Shown here piece after piece: positions 59,071 to 64,000 of a DNA stretch of 64,000 bases. How positions within the stretch are numbered: position 1 is the stretch's first letter; the number at the start of each line of letters is the position of its first letter. Where the stretch lies: the NCBI GenBank assembly GCA_039621445.1, contig CP154954.1:2046001-2110000 (forward strand), read 5' to 3'. The notes below the pieces were generated by a model that saw only the letters and a program-made list of their open reading frames with translations, made no database searches and was not told the DNA's origin. The stretch comes from Euglena gracilis (Eukaryota). The position numbers and the translations under genes are program-made.

Positions 59071-62000
59071 GCAAATTATTTGATTGAGTTTTTCACTTTT
59101 TGCCTGGTGTCGAACCCGCCTTGTCTTGGGTCAAAAAATAAATTTAACGTTTCTCAAAAATGGTGGGGAATCAAAGTAAATGTCCTGAGATTCAAATTGA
59201 AGGCTTTAAATTGCTTCGTTAAGCAGTATTTTGATTTCCCCGCAACTCCCCGCCTACCCTGAGTTACGGCTACTTTTTGGCCAATTTTGGGCCATTTTGT
59301 ACAGTTTTGGCTTGTTTTGATTTTGCCGTTTTTTGGCCATTTTCAGGTCAAAAAGTCGAAAAATTAGGCCAAAAATTGTCTTTTTGGGCAGAAGTGCATC
59401 AAGAATCCAAAAAAAATCGTTGCAAAATATTATAACAAAAAAGCGCCGAAGGAAAAAAAAATAACCTCTGTGTGGTTCCTGGGTGCCTAGCCAGGCTCAG
59501 GAGGGGGGTCTACCCGTTTAGGGTATGTTAAACCCTGGGCTTAAAATGATACAACTTAATTTGTCATTTTGTAATTCCTTACAACATCATTTATCATATT
59601 TATTTTTTTCATGAAAAGAAACCAAAATGCATGCAAAAAAGCAGGAAAATTAGGAAGAAGCTAAATAAAAAAGCCTCGTATCCTTTTTGGCACACATTTG
59701 ATTTACATTGTACGAGTTATCAATTACATCGAAGACCATGTTTATAGTTTCTAGGTCTAAAGGAAAACAAACCATTTTCTTCATGTTGGTTTTGGCATCA
59801 CGAAAACCCCCTCAAATGCAGAAAAAAAATGGGAACCGGCCGGGGTGAGGATATTGTGGAAGGAAACCGGAATTCTTCTTTGGACACAAAGCCAGAGAAT
59901 GTATCAGTCCAGCACCATATGTAAGGATAAAACACTTAATTTTTTTTCGGTTGTTTTCTCTCGTTTTCTCTCATTATGATTTCCATCACCAATTTGTTCT
60001 GAAATTTCAGCAAAGCTTGAAAGACCAAAGAAAATCAGACCAAAAACGAAATACATCAATTTGGGTCTCTCTGTATTTGGTAATCAAAACAGGAATTCTG
60101 GTTAGTTGCAATTTTTACTAATATTTGGCATTTTCAATGGGGGGATGTGGGGGTGGGTCCACAGCATTCCCGCATTTTTTGATTATCACGACTCCCACGG
60201 TTTACTGAAAAAGAAACCAGGAAACAGTTTATGGGAGGGATGGGGGGGGGTCGCTGAGCTCTTATCCTTTTATGGGTGAGAGCGAACCTTTCCACTGCGG
60301 AAAAGGGGGGTCGTCCCCCCCCCCCCCCGGGTCGGGGCCACCAGGAGAACCGGCAAATTATCACCATGACCCGGGTCCCGAATTTTTTTTCCAGTTGCGA
60401 GCGACTGGATCTCAGTTTCCGAATCACCTCCGTTTGACCTGCAACTCCCTGCCAGGCCTGAGTTATTCACTGGGTAGGACTGGCCCGCCCCCCCTTCCGA
60501 CTCTGCCATTTCGCTGGGGTCCAAAATATCTCAGAAAACGTACAATTTTTCCAGAAATGTCGGTCTGACGAAATGCACCCCCGGAGGCCCTCTATCACCG
60601 CCCCATAATCACCGTTTTGGCTGCCGAGACGCCTGGCCCGTGTTCCGGCGCGCTTTTGCAACTCAGAACGGGCATTTTGCAGTGTTTTTTTTGGGCTGTT
60701 TCTGGGTCAAAAAAAATCGATTTTTTTTCAAATATCTCGACAATGAAGTAAAATAAAAGAATGTCCGGAGAGCAAAAATGAAGCCTTTGGAACGCTGTAC
60801 CCAACCATGGTTTTCTTTTCCCTCGACTCTTCGTGTAGCCCGAGTTACGGCCATTTTTTGGCCCATTTTGGCCCATTTTTGGGCCATTTTGGGCTGTTTT
60901 TTGGGGGGGTCAAAAAAACCACGTTGAGACCTAAATTGAGGCCCTTACGAGCCCTTACGATGCTCTATCTAATTGTGTTTTGATTTCCCCGCAACTCCCC
61001 GCCTGGCCCAAAATATGGCCAATTTATGGCCCAAAACAGCGCGGCATGGCTGTTTTCGGAATCACGGAGAAACTATGAAGGAAAATGAGGTGGGAACAGG
61101 GTTGTAGTGTTTTGGCTGATCTGACACTGGGGCTTTGCTGTAGGCAGTTCGCCGCTGTTGGTGGGGGGTTCTTTCCCGGTATCTGCGTTCTTGTTGTTCC
61201 ATTTGCTATTGACCCAAATTATTTGATTGAGTTTTTCACTTTTTGCCTGGTGTCGAACCCGCCTTGTCTTGGGTCAAAAAATAAATTTAAAGTTTCTCAA
61301 AATTGGTGGGGAATCAAAGTAAATGTCATGAGACCCAAATTGAATCCTTTAAATTGCTTCGTTTAACAGTATTTTGATTTCCCCGCAACTCCCCGCCTAC
61401 CCTGAGTTACGGCTACTTTTTGGCCAATTTTGGGCCATTTTGTACAGTTTTGGCTTGTTTTGATTTTGCTGTTTTTTTGGCCATATCAACACGTGTATAT
61501 CAGTCGTATCCTTTTTGGCACAAATTTGATTTACATTGTACGAGTTGTCAATTACATCGAAGACCATGTTTATAGTTTCTAGGTCTAAAGGAAAACAAAC
61601 CATTTTCTTCACGTTGGTTTTGGCATCACGAAAACCCCCTCAAATGCAGAGAAAATTGCGGCCCGGGAACCGGCCGGGGTGAGGATATTGTGGAAGGAAA
61701 CCGGAATTCTTCTTTGGACACAAAGCCAGAGAATGTATCAGTCCAGCACCATATGTAAGGATAAAACACTTAATATTTTTTTTGGTTGTTTTCTCTCGTT
61801 TTCTCTCATTATGATTTCCATCACCAATTTGTTCTGAAATTCAGCAAAGCTTGAAAGACCAAAGAAAATCAGACCAAAAACGAAATACATCAATTTGGGT
61901 CTCTCTGTATTTGGTAATCAAAACAGGAATTCTGGTTAGTTGCGATTTTTACTAATATTTGGCATTTTCAATGGGGGGATGTGGGGGTGGGTCCACAGCA

Positions 62001-64000
62001 TTCCCGCATTTTTTGATTATCACGACTCCCACGGTTTACTGAAAAAGAAACCAGGAAACGGTTTATGGGAGGTATGGGGGGGGTCGCTGAGCTCTTATCC
62101 TTTTATGTGTAAGAGCGAACCTTTCCACTGCGGAAAAGGGGGGTCGTCCCCCCCCCGGGTCGGGGCCACCAGGAGAACCGGCAAATTATCACCATGACCC
62201 GGGTCCCGAATTTTTTTTCCAGTTGCGAGCGACTGGATCTCAGTTTCCGAATCACCTCCGTTTGACCTGCAACTCCCTGCCAGGCCTGAGTTATTCACTG
62301 GGTAGGACTGGCCCGCCCCCTCTTCCGACTCTGCCATTTCACTGGGGTCCAAAATATCTCAGAAAACGTACAATTTTTCCAGAAATGTCGGTCTGACGAA
62401 ATGCACCCCCGGAGGCCCTCTATCACCGCCCCATAATCACCGTTTTGGCTGCCGACACGCCTGGCCCGTGTTCCGGCGCGCTTTTGCAACTCAGAACGGG
62501 CATTTTGCAGTGTTTTCTTTGGGCTGTTTCTGGGTCAAAAAAAATCGATTTTTTTCAAATATCTCGACAATGAAGTAAAATAAAAGAATGTCCGGAGAGC
62601 AAAAATGAAGCCTTTGGAACGCTGTACCCAACCATGGTTTTCTTTTCCCTCGACTCTTCGTGTAGCCCGAGTTACGGCCATTTTTTGGCCCATTTTGGCC
62701 CATTTTTGGGCCATTTTGGGCTGTTTTTTGGGGGGTCAAAAAACCACGTTGAGACCTAAATTGAGGCCCTTACGAGCCCTTACGATGCTCTATCTAATTG
62801 TGTTTTGATTTCCCCGCAACTCCCCGCCTGGCCCAAAATATGGCCAATTTATGGCCCAAAACAGCGCGGCATGGCTGTTTTCGGAATCACGGAGAAACTA
62901 TGAAGGAAAATGGGGTGGGAACAGGGTTGTAGTGTCTTGGCTGATCTGACACTGGGGCTTTGCTGTAGGCAGTTCGCCGCTGTTGGTGGGGGGTTCTTTC
63001 CCGGTATCTGCGTTCTTGTTGTTCCATTTGCTATTGACCCAAATTATTTGATTGAGTTTTTCACTTTTTGCCTGGTGTCGAACCCGCCTTGTCTTGGGTC
63101 AAAAAATAAATTTAAAGTTTCTCAAAATTGGTGGGGAATCAAAGTAAATGTCATGAGACCCAAATTGAAGCCTTTAAATTGCTTCGTTTAACAGTATTTT
63201 GATTTCCCCGCAACTCCCCGCCTACCCTGAGTTACGGCTACTTTTTGGCCAATTTTGGGCCATTTTGTACAGTGTTGGCTTGTTTTGACTTTGCCGTTTT
63301 TTTTTTTTTGGCCATTTTCAGGTCAAAAAGTCGAAAAATTAGGCCAAAAATTGCCTTTTTGGGCAGAAGTGCATCAAGAATCCAAAAAAATCGTTGTAAA
63401 ATATTATAACAAAAAAGTGCCGAAGGACAAAAAATAACCTCTGTGTGGTTCCTGGGTGCCTAGCCAGGCTCAGGAGGGGGGTCTACCCGTTTAGGGTATG
63501 TTAAACCCTGGGCTTAAAATGATACAACTTAATTTGTCATTTTGTAATTCCTTACAACATCATTTATCATATTTATTTTTTTCATGAAAAGAAACCAAAA
63601 GGCATGCAAAAAAGCAGGAAAATTAGGAAGAAGCTAAATAAAAAGCCTCGTATCCTTTTTGGCACACATTTGATTTACATTGTACGAGTTGTCAATTACA
63701 TCGAAGACCATGTTTATAGTTTCTAGGTCTAAAGGAAAACAAACCATTTTCTTCACGTTGGTTTTGGCATCACGAAAACCCCCTCAAATGCAGAGAAAAT
63801 TGCGGCCTGGGAACCGGCCGGGGTGAGGATATTGTGGAAGGAAACCGGAATTCTTCTTTGGACACAAAGCCAGAGAATGTATCAGTCCAGCACCATATGT
63901 AAGGATAAAACATTTAATATTTTTTTTGGTTGTTTTCTCTCGTTTTCTCTCATTATGATTTCCATCACCAATTTGTTCTGAAATTTCAGCAAAGCTTGAA
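59071..64000 (-). repeat. Tandem array of ~2.15-kb units (right arm) downstream of the last visible LRR exon
   Basis: Unit boundaries CAATTTGGGTCTCTCTG at ~60072 and ~61907; the middle unit has an internal deletion near 61485-61505. Confidence 0.88.

Overview
Eukaryotic, repeat-saturated nuclear DNA, most likely from a euglenid (Euglena-like). That assignment is inferred from several introns that fit the euglenid nonconventional pattern: CAG at +4..+6, CTG at -8..-6, and base-paired ends. Nearly all ORFs in the supplied track are spurious, because the real coding sequence sits in short exons. Positions 1-35 kb hold nested MITEs of two classes (TA target-site duplication, Tc1/mariner-like; and CAG...CTG ends with 8-bp TSD, hAT-like). 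The same stretch has fragments of a tyrosine-recombinase-like gene, a PHD finger, an EF-hand gene and a chromodomain-like gene. Positions 35.6-64 kb form a >12-kb inverted duplication around a ~1.5-kb spacer, with a degraded left arm that may be an assembly or amplification artefact. It carries an RI-like LRR gene in which every 28-aa repeat is built from a 44-nt and a 40-nt mini-exon. These exons are separated strictly alternately by conventional GT-AG and nonconventional stem-loop introns, and a variable residue is encoded by a codon split across the GT-AG junction. Main hypothesis: the nonconventional splice geometry (3 nt before CAG plus 5 nt after CTG = 8 nt) removes exactly a hAT MITE plus one copy of its 8-bp TSD, so these MITEs would act as ready-made introns.
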